Source: Clostridium sp. (GTDB lineage: Bacteria; Bacillota; Clostridia; Clostridiales; Clostridiaceae). From it: DNA of 64,000 nt. This document shows, piece by piece, positions 50,364 through 61,746 of the stretch. The notes beneath the pieces are model-generated. The model did no database searches. It saw nothing but the letters and a program-made list of their open reading frames with translations, and was not told the DNA's origin. The stretch's first letter is position 1; every line of letters begins with the position of its first letter. Made by a program: the position numbers and the translations under genes. The stretch is taken from contig NZ_JAVXMF010000001.1 in the NCBI RefSeq assembly GCF_036646415.1, forward strand, positions 65,671 to 129,670, given 5' to 3'.

Positions 50364-51647
50364 ATGAACAAGGAAAATAAAATCGACGATGACCCTGGAT
50401 ATTCTCCTCAGCCACTGTGGACCAGAGATTTTACAATATTAACTCTTGGTACCATAATATCCATGCTTGGAAATGCTATATCTGGTTTTGCCATAGGACT
50501 TTTAGTCTTAGATTACACTGGTTCCATATTTTTATATGCACTTTTTGCTGTGGTATATAGTCTTCCCAAGATAGTGATGCCAATTATTGCGGGACCTTAT
50601 ATTGACAGATTCTCTCGGAAGAAGATAATCTATACTCTGGATTTTATATCCGCAGCTCTATATTTAGGGTTTTATTTTATAATATCTACAGGGAGTTTTA
50701 ATTATCCTCTGTTTCTCCTAATCTGTATAATAATTGGGTCCATAGATAGCATATATCAAGTTGCCTATGATAGTTTCTATCCAACCCTTATTGGAAAAGG
50801 TAATTATACAAAGGCATACTCTATTTCCAGCATGATTTATCCCCTTGCTGCAATAATGGTTCCCGTTGCTGCATACTGCTATGAAAATGTTGGATTAGAG
50901 CCACTTTTTATTTTTAATGCGCTAACCTTCCTTATAGCAGCTATATTTGAAACACAAATTAAGGCAAAGGATACCCATATTGATTCTACTAATACTAATA
51001 ATAATAATAATAATAAATATAACCTAAGGCAGTATGCTGAAGACTTTAAAAATGGGTTAAGTTATATATCCGCTGAAAAGGGATTGCTAGTAATAACTGG
51101 ATACTTCTTTGTTTCTGCATTAATTGGTGGTGTGTCCGGAACTCTCATTCTTCCATATTTCAAAAGTGAACCAAGCCTTGGAGTAATTTGGTATACCTAT
51201 ATTATGGGATGTGCTATATTTGGACGTCTCATTGGTGGAGCTGTACATTACAAATTTAAATATCCCACAAATAAAAAATTTGCCATTGCACTCTTTGTGT
51301 ATATAATAGCCGCTGCCATTGAAGGCACTTATCTATTTATGCCTATAGCAATAATGATGTTAATGAATTTCTTAAGTGGTATGCTCTGCGTAACTTCATA
51401 TAACATAAGAATATCATCAACTCAAAATTATGTTCCCAATGAGCTTCGTGGTCGTTTCAATGGAACCTTTCAAATGATCTTTACATTAGGTGGCATACTT
51501 GGTCAGCTCATAGCTGGTGTCCTTGGAGAATTCCTACCAATACGCCCAATAATATTAATTTCATCCTTGATTTGTATCTTTGCTGCTATCTTGATAATGT
51601 ATAGAGGTAGGCGTCATGTTAAGCTTATATATAACAGAAGTGCATAA
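50364..51647 (+). CDS. MFS transporter with a poly-Asn low-complexity loop insertion
   Basis: About 12 transmembrane helices. A GGAGG ribosome-binding site lies upstream of the ATG at 50364. An NNNNNNN run is encoded at about 51000. Confidence 0.75.
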   Translation: MNKENKIDDDPGYSPQPLWTRDFTILTLGTIISMLGNAISGFAIGLLVLDYTGSIFLYALFAVVYSLPKIVMPIIAGPYIDRFSRKKIIYTLDFISAALYLGFYFIISTGSFNYPLFLLICIIIGSIDSIYQVAYDSFYPTLIGKGNYTKAYSISSMIYPLAAIMVPVAAYCYENVGLEPLFIFNALTFLIAAIFETQIKAKDTHIDSTNTNNNNNNKYNLRQYAEDFKNGLSYISAEKGLLVITGYFFVSALIGGVSGTLILPYFKSEPSLGVIWYTYIMGCAIFGRLIGGAVHYKFKYPTNKKFAIALFVYIIAAAIEGTYLFMPIAIMMLMNFLSGMLCVTSYNIRISSTQNYVPNELRGRFNGTFQMIFTLGGILGQLIAGVLGEFLPIRPIILISSLICIFAAILIMYRGRRHVKLIYNRSA

Positions 51648-52061
51648 TATTTAGTTTTTTTAAATTTTCTTTATACTTCATTTAACTAATTGTACAATTA
51701 CTATATACTACATGTTGGTTCAGGAGGTATCTTAGTGATTATACTTAATTATAATGATAAAAAATACATTGAAGTTACAGATGGTAAACTAATATTATTT
51801 ACCCTACTTACTATGCGGATACTTTAGTTGAATTGTATAACCTAAGTAATAACAGAGTAAATATTTCAAGTAAACTAGAGTAATATTCCATACAATTATC
51901 TAATAAAATTGGATTCAAAAGAGATAACTTCAATTTTATCTAAATATTAAAAGTGGACTTAAATATTATTGATAGAAAAGCCATTTTCAGGAATTTTAGA
52001 TTCCCAAAGGGCTTAGGTTCAATAATATAAGTCCACTTTTAACATGAGTTTAAAGCATATC

Positions 52062-52751
52062 CTATTCTAAAATTTTTATAGGTCTAAAGTTAATATAATC
52101 ACAGGATGTTAAAATATATTCAACTCCATCCTTTTCCCCTTCAAAAACATTTGAAAGTCCTCCACCATGAAGATGACCATAAATAACTTTTTCCACATTA
52201 TATTCCTGAAACACCTTAGTAAATTCACTGTCCTGCATATTAGGAAATATAGGTGGATAATGTATCATACATATTATTTTTTCATATCCTTGCTTTACAG
52301 CCTCATCTAAGGATAATTTAAGTCTTAATATTTCTCTATCATAGATTTTTCTATCATGGGTATTAAACTTTGGACTATTTTCTAAAATCCATCCTCTACT
52401 TCCACATATAGCATAATCTTCATAGACAAAGAAATTATTTTGAATAAACTCCATTCCTGAAAACATGGCATTTAATTTTTTAATGCTACTCCACCAATAG
52501 TCATGGTTTCCCCTAACAAAAATCTTCCTACCTGGCAGGTTATTTATAAATTCTAAATCTTCTCGTCCACTTTCCATATTCATAGACCATGAAATATCTC
52601 CAGCTACTAATACTGTGTCCTCTTCTTTTACTACTTCCATCCAGTTCTCTTTTATTTTCTCAACATGATCCACCCACTTCACACCAAATATATCCATAGG
52701 TTTATCTTCTGCTGAAGCTAAATGAGGATCTGAAATTGCATATAATGCCAT
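52062..52751 (-). CDS. Metallophosphoesterase (calcineurin-like phosphoesterase)
   Basis: Motifs GDISW, GNHDYWW and GHLH. Confidence 0.75.
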   Translation of the reverse strand: MALYAISDPHLASAEDKPMDIFGVKWVDHVEKIKENWMEVVKEEDTVLVAGDISWSMNMESGREDLEFINNLPGRKIFVRGNHDYWWSSIKKLNAMFSGMEFIQNNFFVYEDYAICGSRGWILENSPKFNTHDRKIYDREILRLKLSLDEAVKQGYEKIICMIHYPPIFPNMQDSEFTKVFQEYNVEKVIYGHLHGGGLSNVFEGEKDGVEYILTSCDYINFRPIKILE

Positions 52752-52903
52752 ACTATCACCTACTATCTATTTCATAATCTCTTGTTCATTTGTTTATCAG
52801 ATACCTAGCTTTTCTAATACTCTACTCTTTGAAACTAAGAATCATTTAAGGCATATTAAAATAAATAACTAGCCATCATTCTGGTCTATTATAGTATGCC
52901 TAA

Positions 52904-53170
52904 TTACTTGTATTTACCATCAATATCCATTACATACGCTATAATCTTTGCTACCACATCATAAAGTTCATAGGGTATTTCACTATCAATATCTACCTTT
53001 GTAAGCATATCCGCTAACTCATCATTATATACAATAGGTACCTTATTTTCCTCTGCTTCCATAAGTATTTTCTCTGCTATATTCCCCATACCGGCTGCAG
53101 TAACCTTAGGAGTACTTTGTCCATATTCATATTTTAGGGCAGCTGCCTTTTTTCTCTTTAAATTTTCCAT
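52904..53170 (-). CDS. FlhB C-terminal-domain-like protein (EscU/YscU/HrcU family, YlqH-like)
   Basis: 88 aa. The segment KVTAAGMGNIAEKILMEAEENKVPIVYNDELADML...IPYELYDVVAKIIAYV matches the FlhB_C fold signature. Confidence 0.6.
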   Translation of the reverse strand: MENLKRKKAAALKYEYGQSTPKVTAAGMGNIAEKILMEAEENKVPIVYNDELADMLTKVDIDSEIPYELYDVVAKIIAYVMDIDGKYK

Positions 53171-53188
53171 ATAACATTACACTCCTAA

Positions 53189-54814
53189 TTATACCCTAGT
53201 ATTTATTGTTCTAAAATCCTCATCTTCAAAAAAACTTCTACAATTAGAAAATGAAAACTCATGTTTTTTCTCTTTTATTGACACATTAAACATATAGTTA
53301 TTTGCAGATAAATCTTCAAGTAGTTTACCCTTAAATTTCTTTAAAATCTTCACATAAATAGCTTCACTCTCTATTTCAATTGTAGCTACATTTTTATTAA
53401 CTGTTATATAGGCATCTATTTTGTCCATATTAACAGTAGCAACACTAGCAGCTATTTTTATATTTTCAGAGTCTAACTTCTTACCCTTACCTCTGTCATC
53501 CTTAATGATTAGCTTACATCCATATTCTTCATTCTTCGTGTTTATGGGTACATTAAGAAAGTAATAATTATTGTTTATAGTGTTAAGCATCTTAAAATCC
53601 TGAAATTTTGATTCTAAAGTTTGCGCTATACTGTTGAATACACTAGTACTCTTCTCTGATAGCTTCATCATATCCAGCAAATTTGTTTTTATAAGAGACA
53701 TCTTATCTTTCAACTCTTCTTTTACCATATTACTAGTTATATCTTTACCTAAAATCTCCTCTGAATAAACTTCCTTTAAGGTATTAACTTTGTCTTTCCC
53801 AATTTCACTGACTAGCTTACTTATATCGCCTTTACTTATATCACTTTTACTTATTATTTCCTTTTCATTTATATCAATTTCTGGTTCATCATTTTCTATA
53901 CTTCCAAGGGTAGATTCGTTATATGCTAAATTTTTATTTTCCTTCAAATCCATAACTGGTTTATTAGTGTTTACTTGATTTAACTCCTTTGAAGAACTTG
54001 AACTGTCCATAAATCCCTTATTTATAGAATTACCTTCTACAGCTGATTCTTTATTAATATTGCCAGAAAGCTTATCTTTAATAACATTATTGGTATCCTC
54101 CAACTGTTCTAGTATATTATAGTCATTGGAAACTACCCTTGTAAAGGACTTAATACTATCCTCATTTAGCTTTATACCTAAAGACTTCATAACAACAATG
54201 TCATCTAAATTTAAATTTTTCACTTGATTTAATACTTTGGATAGAGTTGATTTTGCAGTTTCTGCCTCTGAGCTTCCTGCTGGTATACCCTTTCCTTCAA
54301 TAAACTTATCTATAAATACATCTATTTCTTTAGATGAAGTATTTCCCTTATTTATAAATTCCTTAAGACCCTTTATATCTAAAAGGTTTTCCTCTGTAAG
54401 TGGAATGTTATTTTTAAGCATGGTCTTTAATATTGGAACATCGTCCTTAACCACTGGAAAATCTAAATTTTTAAGGAGTTCCTCCATAAGTGGATCCATT
54501 CCCTTTAAATTTACATCACCTATACCTTTATCTATTAAATTAGACTCCAAAACATTAAGGAGAAATTTCCCATTCTCAAAACCATCAAGTTGAAATTTAA
54601 ACATGTAATCACTTAGCGGTTCTTCTAATACAATACCATCCACTCTTGCTGGGAACACCCTTCCATCTAAAAGCTTTATAACAATATCTGTAGCACTACC
54701 TTCTAGTCTTAAAACTCTTGCTGAAAATGAATCTCCCTTTTTAAAAGTGAGTTTATTAAAATCATCCTTAGTTGTGTAATTTTGCACCATATTTATTTTC
54801 CATAACCCTGACAT
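53189..54814 (-). CDS. Hypothetical protein, possibly flagellar hook-length control (FliK)-like, partnered with the downstream flhB-like gene
   Basis: 541 aa with a low-complexity Ser/Asn/Lys-rich middle. The call rests on gene order alone. Confidence 0.3.
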   Translation of the reverse strand: MSGLWKINMVQNYTTKDDFNKLTFKKGDSFSARVLRLEGSATDIVIKLLDGRVFPARVDGIVLEEPLSDYMFKFQLDGFENGKFLLNVLESNLIDKGIGDVNLKGMDPLMEELLKNLDFPVVKDDVPILKTMLKNNIPLTEENLLDIKGLKEFINKGNTSSKEIDVFIDKFIEGKGIPAGSSEAETAKSTLSKVLNQVKNLNLDDIVVMKSLGIKLNEDSIKSFTRVVSNDYNILEQLEDTNNVIKDKLSGNINKESAVEGNSINKGFMDSSSSSKELNQVNTNKPVMDLKENKNLAYNESTLGSIENDEPEIDINEKEIISKSDISKGDISKLVSEIGKDKVNTLKEVYSEEILGKDITSNMVKEELKDKMSLIKTNLLDMMKLSEKSTSVFNSIAQTLESKFQDFKMLNTINNNYYFLNVPINTKNEEYGCKLIIKDDRGKGKKLDSENIKIAASVATVNMDKIDAYITVNKNVATIEIESEAIYVKILKKFKGKLLEDLSANNYMFNVSIKEKKHEFSFSNCRSFFEDEDFRTINTRV

Positions 54815-54915
54815 AGACTACACCCCCTAATAAATTAATCGTATCAATTTAAGTTTAGTGAAGTGCATTGCAAAAAAACAATGAGTATACCCTAGGCATA
54901 CTCATTAATTTCAAA

Positions 54916-56145
54916 CTAAGAAATCACTAATTTATAGAACTTTTTCTTACCTCTTTTTATTAATGCATAACCATCTTTTTCTACATAGCTTTCATTAAAT
55001 GTTGCATTAACATCCTCTATTTTAATATCGTTTATAGTAAGTCCACCTTGCTCTATAAGTCTTCTTCCTTCTTTTTTAGATGGTACTATTCCAGTTGTAG
55101 TTATTATATCAAGAATAGCTCCATTCTTCATATCTGAACCAATTTCAACTGTAGGAACATTGCTCATATCTGCTCCACCACTGAATAGAGCTTCTGATGC
55201 TTTTTTAGCATTTGCTGCTTCTTCTTCACCATGGATAAGCTTTGTTACTTCATAAGCAAGTACTGTTTTAGCTTCGTTAATTCCTGCACCTTCTAATGCT
55301 GCAAGTCTTCTTACTTCATCCATTTCTACAAAAGTTAATAAGCATAAGCATTTTTCCACATCAGCATCATCGATGTTTCTCCAGTATTGGTAGAAGTCGT
55401 AAGGAGTTGTTTTTGCTGGATCAAGCCAAACTGCACCATTTGCAGTTTTACCCATCTTATTTCCTTCACTATTAGTAAGTAATGAACAAGTCATACCGTA
55501 AGCAGACTTACTTTCTTTTCTTCTAATAAGCTCCATTCCAGCTAAGATATTAGACCATTGGTCATCTCCACCAAGCTCCATTGTACAATTGTGTTTTTTG
55601 TTTAAAACTAGGAAATCATATCCTTGCATTAACATGTAGTTAAATTCTAAGAATGATAATCCCTTCTCTAATCTTTGTTTAAAACATTCTGCTGTAAGCA
55701 TTCTATTAACTGAGAAATGCATTCCTATATCTCTTATGAAATCTACATAATTTAAATCTAAAAGCCAGTCTGCATTATTTTCAAGAATTGCTTTTCCATC
55801 ACTAAAATCTATAAGTCTTGATAATTGACCTTTAATACAAGATATATTGTGGTCGATATCTTCTTTTGTTAGCATTTTTCTCATATCAGTTCTACCTGAT
55901 GGATCTCCTATCATTGCAGTTCCACCACCAACTAAAGCTATTGGTCTATGACCCGCTCTTTGCATGTGTGACATAAACATCATTGCAATAAAATGTCCAA
56001 TATGAAGACTATCTGCTGTAGGATCAAATCCTATATAGAAAGTAACCTTCTCTTTACCAAAAATCTCTCTCATTTCCTCTTCATGAGTCAATTGTTTTAA
56101 AAATCCACGTTCTTTTAGAACATCATATACATTTAAGTTTTCCAT
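54916..56145 (-). CDS. tyrS: Tyrosine--tRNA ligase
   Basis: HIGH motif (SLHIGHF), KMGKT (KMSKS-like) and a C-terminal S4 domain. Confidence 0.92.
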   Translation of the reverse strand: MENLNVYDVLKERGFLKQLTHEEEMREIFGKEKVTFYIGFDPTADSLHIGHFIAMMFMSHMQRAGHRPIALVGGGTAMIGDPSGRTDMRKMLTKEDIDHNISCIKGQLSRLIDFSDGKAILENNADWLLDLNYVDFIRDIGMHFSVNRMLTAECFKQRLEKGLSFLEFNYMLMQGYDFLVLNKKHNCTMELGGDDQWSNILAGMELIRRKESKSAYGMTCSLLTNSEGNKMGKTANGAVWLDPAKTTPYDFYQYWRNIDDADVEKCLCLLTFVEMDEVRRLAALEGAGINEAKTVLAYEVTKLIHGEEEAANAKKASEALFSGGADMSNVPTVEIGSDMKNGAILDIITTTGIVPSKKEGRRLIEQGGLTINDIKIEDVNATFNESYVEKDGYALIKRGKKKFYKLVIS

Positions 56146-56285
56146 AACTTCCTCCTATTTCTCGTCCTGAGTTTTTTATTGTTTTTATTATTAATATATA
56201 TCTTTACTAATCTTTGAATTAAGCACTCTATTTATACAATACTCAATAAAGGATTTCCTAAAAAGTTTCTTCCCAGTTTTGTTAT

Positions 56286-56510
56286 CAAAAAAATAAAAGT
56301 CCCTAGTAATAATATACTAGGGACGAAATTTCTCGTGGTACCACCCAAATTTATAATTCAAATTATCCATTAAATAATTCAAATTAATCTCTTATCCTTA
56401 ATAACGTCAGGAAACCGTAACAGCCTACTACTATTTCAGCCTAAGACTTAGAAATGTATTTCATTAAAACCCTTTGCTAATTCACACCACCCATCAGCTC
56501 TCTGAAAAAA
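56286..56510 (-). promoter_or_regulatory. T-box riboswitch leader (tyrosine specifier) upstream of tyrS, including its terminator
   Basis: T-box sequence AATTTGGGTGGTACCACG (minus strand, plus coordinates 56334-56352). Terminator GTCCCTAGTATATTATTACTAGGGAC followed by a T-run at 56286-56326. A candidate specifier-loop segment contains UAC (GAAAUACAUUUC). Confidence 0.8.
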
Positions 56511-56612
56511 TTTTTTAATTACTTCTTTTCATCATTGTCTCTTACAATATTTTATTTTAAATACATATTACTATTATTATTATACTTTTTCAAGAGTAAA
56601 TATAAATTTTCT

Positions 56613-57038
56613 CTAAACAACATATTTTTTAATAGTATCTGGTATATTATTTTCTTCACAACTAATGTTAGTATAGAAATCAACTTTAAACTTTTCTGAT
56701 AAATACTCTAACTTACTCAATATTTCACTAATGTCATGTTTATCCTTACATATATCACTTAAAACTCCATCTACAAATATACTTTCCACATCATAATCTT
56801 TAGATATTATGCCACATATAAACCCGTAAAAATCCTTGTAATTATGGATATTAAAATCCTTTGAACATATAAATCTTATGCTTTTGTCTACCCTTAGCAA
56901 TACTTTTGTGTCATCATCAATATACACTAAATTTCCCTTACTTGTACTAACTTTTGAGTTTGCTAAATTTATTAATGCTTTTGTTTTTCCAGAGCCTTTT
57001 TCCTTACAAAATACTTGAATCATTCTAAACGCCCCCAA
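56613..57038 (-). CDS. Hypothetical protein with a P-loop-like motif
   Basis: 141 aa with the motif KEKGSGKTKALIN. Confidence 0.35.
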   Translation of the reverse strand: MGAFRMIQVFCKEKGSGKTKALINLANSKVSTSKGNLVYIDDDTKVLLRVDKSIRFICSKDFNIHNYKDFYGFICGIISKDYDVESIFVDGVLSDICKDKHDISEILSKLEYLSEKFKVDFYTNISCEENNIPDTIKKYVV

Positions 57039-57491
57039 ACTTTAATAATAAAATACATTAATGGTAATAGTTCCATTATATAATATTCAGAATATTTTAT
57101 CAATAGTAACCGTATAATTTTTATTGTTTATTATTTAATTTATATGTGGAAATTTTATATATTATTATGGTTTTGAAATAATATAATAAATAAGTTTGCC
57201 CTTACTTTATCTTATGAAAAATCAATATCTTATGATAACTTATTTAAAGTATTAATTAGAAAACTTTTATTAATCACCTTTTTTAAATTATGTATAATAC
57301 TCTCTGCATTGTTATATTTAAGAAAGATAATATTGTTCATGCCTTTAAAGAACTTATGTTGCACTTATTGTAAAATAACACCATTAGTCGTATAATCTAA
57401 ATATATTGATGTTAAAAATTGTATGAAATAAAGGGGGAATAAATTTAGTGAGGTATTGTACTTATAATACACTTTCTTACTAAAGTAATTT

Positions 57492-58166
57492 ATGAGAAAT
57501 AGATGTTATTTAATGTTTAGAAACAATAAAATTTACTTGCAAATTAATAATCTCAAAAACGTTTTTGAATACACCATAACTGATTTAAAACAATACCCTA
57601 ATGTTCCATTTTATTCTTTATTATTTGATAATGAAGAAATAATAAAATCCTTTAAAGCATTTGTACACTCCACCATTAAAACTTCAACTACCTTCTCTTC
57701 TAGGTTTTCTAAACCTTTAGTATTTTTATTAATTCCTGATGACATAATGAATATTGAAAAAAGAGCTTTATTTGATTTCGCAACAGTAGTATTTACTGCC
57801 AAAAGTATATTTTTGGCAAATGAGTGTGCTTTTGTTATACAAGAAAAAATAGATTATATAACTATTTCAAAGTCATGTCGGATGACCACTATTTCTTACT
57901 TAAAAGACAAAGGTATAGCTGCACAAAAATTTATTGAGAATAAGGATTACACCGTAGATGATCTTAAAAGATTTATTACTAATCTCCATGAAGATTGCAC
58001 CTTCAATAGGCCCTTAGTATATTTAAATGGATTAGACCTTAAACACTATATAGAATTAGGCACAGTAGTTGATGATGCAACTCTTTTGAAAAATTTTAAC
58101 TCAATGCTTAGCACCATAATTATTAAAGGATCTACAATTATAACCAAACCACAAAGGAACGCTTAA
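57492..58166 (+). CDS. Hypothetical protein
   Basis: 224 aa ORF. There is no strong ribosome-binding site. An alternative start lies at 57516. Confidence 0.35.
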   Translation: MRNRCYLMFRNNKIYLQINNLKNVFEYTITDLKQYPNVPFYSLLFDNEEIIKSFKAFVHSTIKTSTTFSSRFSKPLVFLLIPDDIMNIEKRALFDFATVVFTAKSIFLANECAFVIQEKIDYITISKSCRMTTISYLKDKGIAAQKFIENKDYTVDDLKRFITNLHEDCTFNRPLVYLNGLDLKHYIELGTVVDDATLLKNFNSMLSTIIIKGSTIITKPQRNA

Positions 58167-58841
58167 CTTCTATGATTAATACACAATGATATATACTTCA
58201 ATTAGTCATAAATATATATAGATCACATTATAATGTTTAAATGGGGTGTTTCAGTGAGAAAAATTTGAACATAAATGTGTATTTATATTTGGAGGTTGGA
58301 GAACAACAAGAATAATGAATTAGTATGGACAAGAAGGTTGGGAATTAGTGGTGTATTAATATTTAGTATGGGATTACTGTAATTACTATCAAATAAAAAT
58401 AATAAGTTGTAACATACTTCATAACACAAACCTAAAATTGATTCATAATATTCTTTTAAAATTCCTCAGAAGTAATTTGTGTTATAGCAAATAGTATGAA
58501 TTATAGGATGTAAAAAATAGATAAAATATTTTCTTCGGGTTCACAAATAATTGCAGAGATTTGTACAAAGTGTGGTTACATTTTATCTACGAGAGTAACA
58601 AACCCAGAAAAGTTTAAGTAGTTAGCAACTTTCTTATATATTGTGTAAATACCATATATGCAACTTTGTAGATTATTGTTAAGTAAGGATTATTAAAATT
58701 ATATTAGGAATATAGTGTAGGATAGTGTACCCTGATTCCTAATTTCTTTATGAACAATCACCCCCGTTAAGTAGCTATTACACTAGCAATTTAATCTGTA
58801 TCTACTTAACGGGGTTCACTTCTCTTCATACATGAACTACC

Positions 58842-59237
58842 TTATTTAGTAAATTCGTGTAAAATTACCGGTATAAAAATCCAAAGTATCATTATTAACA
58901 TTATAATCCTGACAATTATCACAGATTTTTTGACTCCTAATAATTTAACTGTTTCTGGTGTAGCAAATGGAAACACAATCATTGTTACAAATGTCCCTGC
59001 CGCTGCTATAAGTATAATTATTTTCCCTAATTGTGGATTTACTGCTATTAGTATTATACCAATGAACATCATAATTATCATTATAGCCATAATTATTCCA
59101 AACAATCCTGTTCGTTTACTTGCATTTTCCTGGAATTTATCGTAATTGTTTTCACACTCAATATTACAATAAGTTTTATCTTTAGTTATTAATTTACCAC
59201 AATAAGAACATCTTTTTTTACTCATACATCCAATCAC
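58842..59237 (-). CDS. Small membrane protein with an N-terminal zinc ribbon
   Basis: Motif CSYCG...CNIEC followed by two transmembrane helices. A long hairpin lies downstream at 58760-58825. Confidence 0.45.
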   Translation of the reverse strand: MIGCMSKKRCSYCGKLITKDKTYCNIECENNYDKFQENASKRTGLFGIIMAIMIIMMFIGIILIAVNPQLGKIIILIAAAGTFVTMIVFPFATPETVKLLGVKKSVIIVRIIMLIMILWIFIPVILHEFTK

Positions 59238-59330
59238 CTCTTATTATTAACAACTCACTATATAGTATATATTACCATATTATAACACTTATTAATATAA
59301 TTTAAGATGAATTAGATAAATACCATTTTT

Positions 59331-59742
59331 ATGGTCTACCTCAATGTCTTTAGAAAATTCCATATAAGATTTATGCCTGTCATTATAAATAATAGACTCA
59401 GTATCTATACGTCCTTAAAGCCTCTCAAAATCTGTATCAGCAGTTCGTGGCATGGTTCTCCTTATCCTAATAAGGTACAAGACATGATCTTTGAAAACTT
59501 AATAGTATGGTATTTTAAAATATGTTATAATATGGATAAAGTGGAGTGAGAAAGAAAACTTGAATATTGACATTAATGTTGGCGATATGATTGATTTGCC
59601 TTATGCAGACAATTCTTTTGATAGTGTTTTTGCATGTCATGTTATCTCACATACTGACACAGAGGGCACCAAAAAGATTAATAACCTATATTCTGTATCC
59701 AACTATCCTACATATTTGTACTTAGAATGCAGGGTAGTTTAA
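59331..59742 (+). pseudogene. Fragmented class I SAM-dependent methyltransferase gene
   Basis: The ORF at 59560..59742 encodes ...GDMIDLPYADNSFDSVFACHVISH, the motif post-I/II of Methyltransf_11. It lacks an N-terminal SAM-binding motif I, and there are upstream out-of-frame pieces. Confidence 0.5.
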
Positions 59743-59783
59743 CATTATCTTTGCTAGAATTAAATGTGAAGGGAGGATGTAAA

Positions 59784-60689
59784 ATGGAGTGGATTGAGAG
59801 AATTACAGCAACAGTGGATTATATTGAAGGTCATTTAGTTGATGACATCATGTATGATGAAGTAGCAAAAATTGCTTGCTGCTCAATGCATCAATTCGGA
59901 CGTGTTTTTTCTTATGTTGTAGGTATATCGCTATCTGAATATATTCGTCGTAGACGATTAACCCTTTCAGCATTAGATTTACAAAGTAGCAATGCAAAAG
60001 TGATTGATGTTGCTATGAAGTATGGATATAGTTCCCCTGATGCATTTACTCGTGCTTTTTTCGGAATGCATGGTGTAACTCCTAAGGTAGCGCGCACTTT
60101 GGGAGTAAAACTTAAAGCCTATCCACGCATCACTTTTCATATTTCAATTAAAGGAGATGTAGAGATGGAATATCGTATTGAAGAAAAACAAGGTATAAAT
60201 CTAGTTGGATTGGTTAAGCATATCAAAAGGGAATCAGCAAATACTATAACAAATGACTGGAAAGAGGCTGCTGGTGAAGTTTGGAATACGTGGAATGAGT
60301 TTTTAAATGGTGGTACCAATGAGAAAATTAGTGATGTTTATAATCTTTATCGTGAGCCTATGTGGCAGATGGGTTTCACAAAAACATTGGATGATGGAGA
60401 AACTTTACTTGCAATAGGTGCGGAAGCAGATACAAATGTTTTAACCGATTTGCAGACCTATACTATTCCAGCGAATAAATGGGCAATATTTACTGTAAGA
60501 GGTAGCTTGAGCGGTAAGGATCATCCAATTGATGCAATGTGGACTAGAATAACAACTGAATGGTTTCCAACATGTGGTTATAAACGTGCAGCTGATTATG
60601 AAATTGAGGTTTACCCTCCAGGCGACACAAATTCTGATGATTATACCTGTGAAATATGGATTCCTATTACTAAGGAGAATAAAGAATAA
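59784..60689 (+). CDS. AraC-family transcriptional regulator with a C-terminal GyrI-like effector-binding domain
   Basis: AraC HTH motifs ...SLSEYIRRRRL... and ...GYSSPDAFTRAF. A GGGAGG ribosome-binding site lies 7 nt upstream of the ATG at 59784. The track ORF starts at 59727. Confidence 0.8.
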   Translation: MEWIERITATVDYIEGHLVDDIMYDEVAKIACCSMHQFGRVFSYVVGISLSEYIRRRRLTLSALDLQSSNAKVIDVAMKYGYSSPDAFTRAFFGMHGVTPKVARTLGVKLKAYPRITFHISIKGDVEMEYRIEEKQGINLVGLVKHIKRESANTITNDWKEAAGEVWNTWNEFLNGGTNEKISDVYNLYREPMWQMGFTKTLDDGETLLAIGAEADTNVLTDLQTYTIPANKWAIFTVRGSLSGKDHPIDAMWTRITTEWFPTCGYKRAADYEIEVYPPGDTNSDDYTCEIWIPITKENKE

Positions 60690-60825
60690 ATATAAATATT
60701 ATTGATTGTTGAAATATTACAGAATTTAGCTAAAAGTCCACTGTTGATGTGGGCTTTTCAGCTAAATATTGTAATTAAAGATGTAGGTTCTGTTGATATT
60801 ACTTTCCATGAACTAGCCTATCTTC

Positions 60826-61098
60826 TTATTGTACTATTTTATTCCAATAAGAGATTTGAAAATCTTTATAATTATCTTTAAATCTATCTAATCCTATATC
60901 AGGAACAAATAAAACACTTTTACATTCTTTATCTCCTTCGTATATGAAAGTAACTAAATTGTTTTTAGTATCATTTTCTAACTCTTCTATTGTTGGAGCA
61001 CCCTTCTGCTTTAAATTACATAAAAATTCTTCTATTGCTCTATCCCCATACTGTTTAATTTTCTCTTCTAATTGAAGAACAATCCTACTTTTTAACAA
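60826..61098 (-). CDS. Hypothetical protein
   Basis: 90 aa ORF. Confidence 0.3.
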   Translation of the reverse strand: MLKSRIVLQLEEKIKQYGDRAIEEFLCNLKQKGAPTIEELENDTKNNLVTFIYEGDKECKSVLFVPDIGLDRFKDNYKDFQISYWNKIVQ

Positions 61099-61405
61099 AG
61101 ATTTTTTTCATATTAAACTTTCTCCCTTACTTTCAATCACTACTCGCTAAAGAATTGCCTATAGACTAAACTTCAATTTTACAATTCCCTATGAAAATAA
61201 TTAACCGCGCCTTCCCATCTCTCATCCTTATCATAAACCCTACCCTTCTATTCTTAAAATATCTATTTAAATTATACATTATAATAAAATAAGTTGTTAC
61301 AAACTTCTTTATATTGCATTACTATTTATACAATAAAATCAAAGAGTCAGGATTTTCTCCTGACTCTTACTTCAACTTCATATTTATAATAATATATTTT
61401 CTTAC

Positions 61406-61609
61406 CTATTCGATTCCTACTACGTCATAGCCTTCTTCTTCTATTGTTTCTTTTAACACAGCATCAGTTTCAGAAGTTTCTACTACTGCATATTTACCTT
61501 CTAAGTTAACCTCAACTGAAGTCACTCCATTTAATCCTTCTAAAGCAGTTTTAACGTGACCTACACAATTTTTACAGCTCATTCCATTGATTAATATTTT
61601 CTTTTTCAT
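61406..61609 (-). CDS. copZ: Copper chaperone CopZ (heavy-metal-associated domain)
   Basis: 67 aa with the motif GMSCKNC. Confidence 0.85.
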   Translation of the reverse strand: MKKKILINGMSCKNCVGHVKTALEGLNGVTSVEVNLEGKYAVVETSETDAVLKETIEEEGYDVVGIE

Positions 61610-61746
61610 AATTTTATTCCTCCTAAAATTTATATATTTACAAGTAGGTATTTAACCCTACTTAATCTACGTGAATTTTTGTAAAGGTGCATGGAAGATA
61701 ATATTATGCAATTACCAACACCTGCTTAAAACATAGCATATTTAAT

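Noticed and set aside
59331-59549. ORF 59331..59549 as an independent gene
   Set aside because: It has no ribosome-binding site and appears to be an out-of-frame piece of the degraded methyltransferase locus.
60826-61098. The 90-aa ORF as a CsoR-type copper repressor for copZA
   Set aside because: It lacks the CsoR Cys-His-Cys spacing and lies downstream of copZ, not upstream of the operon.
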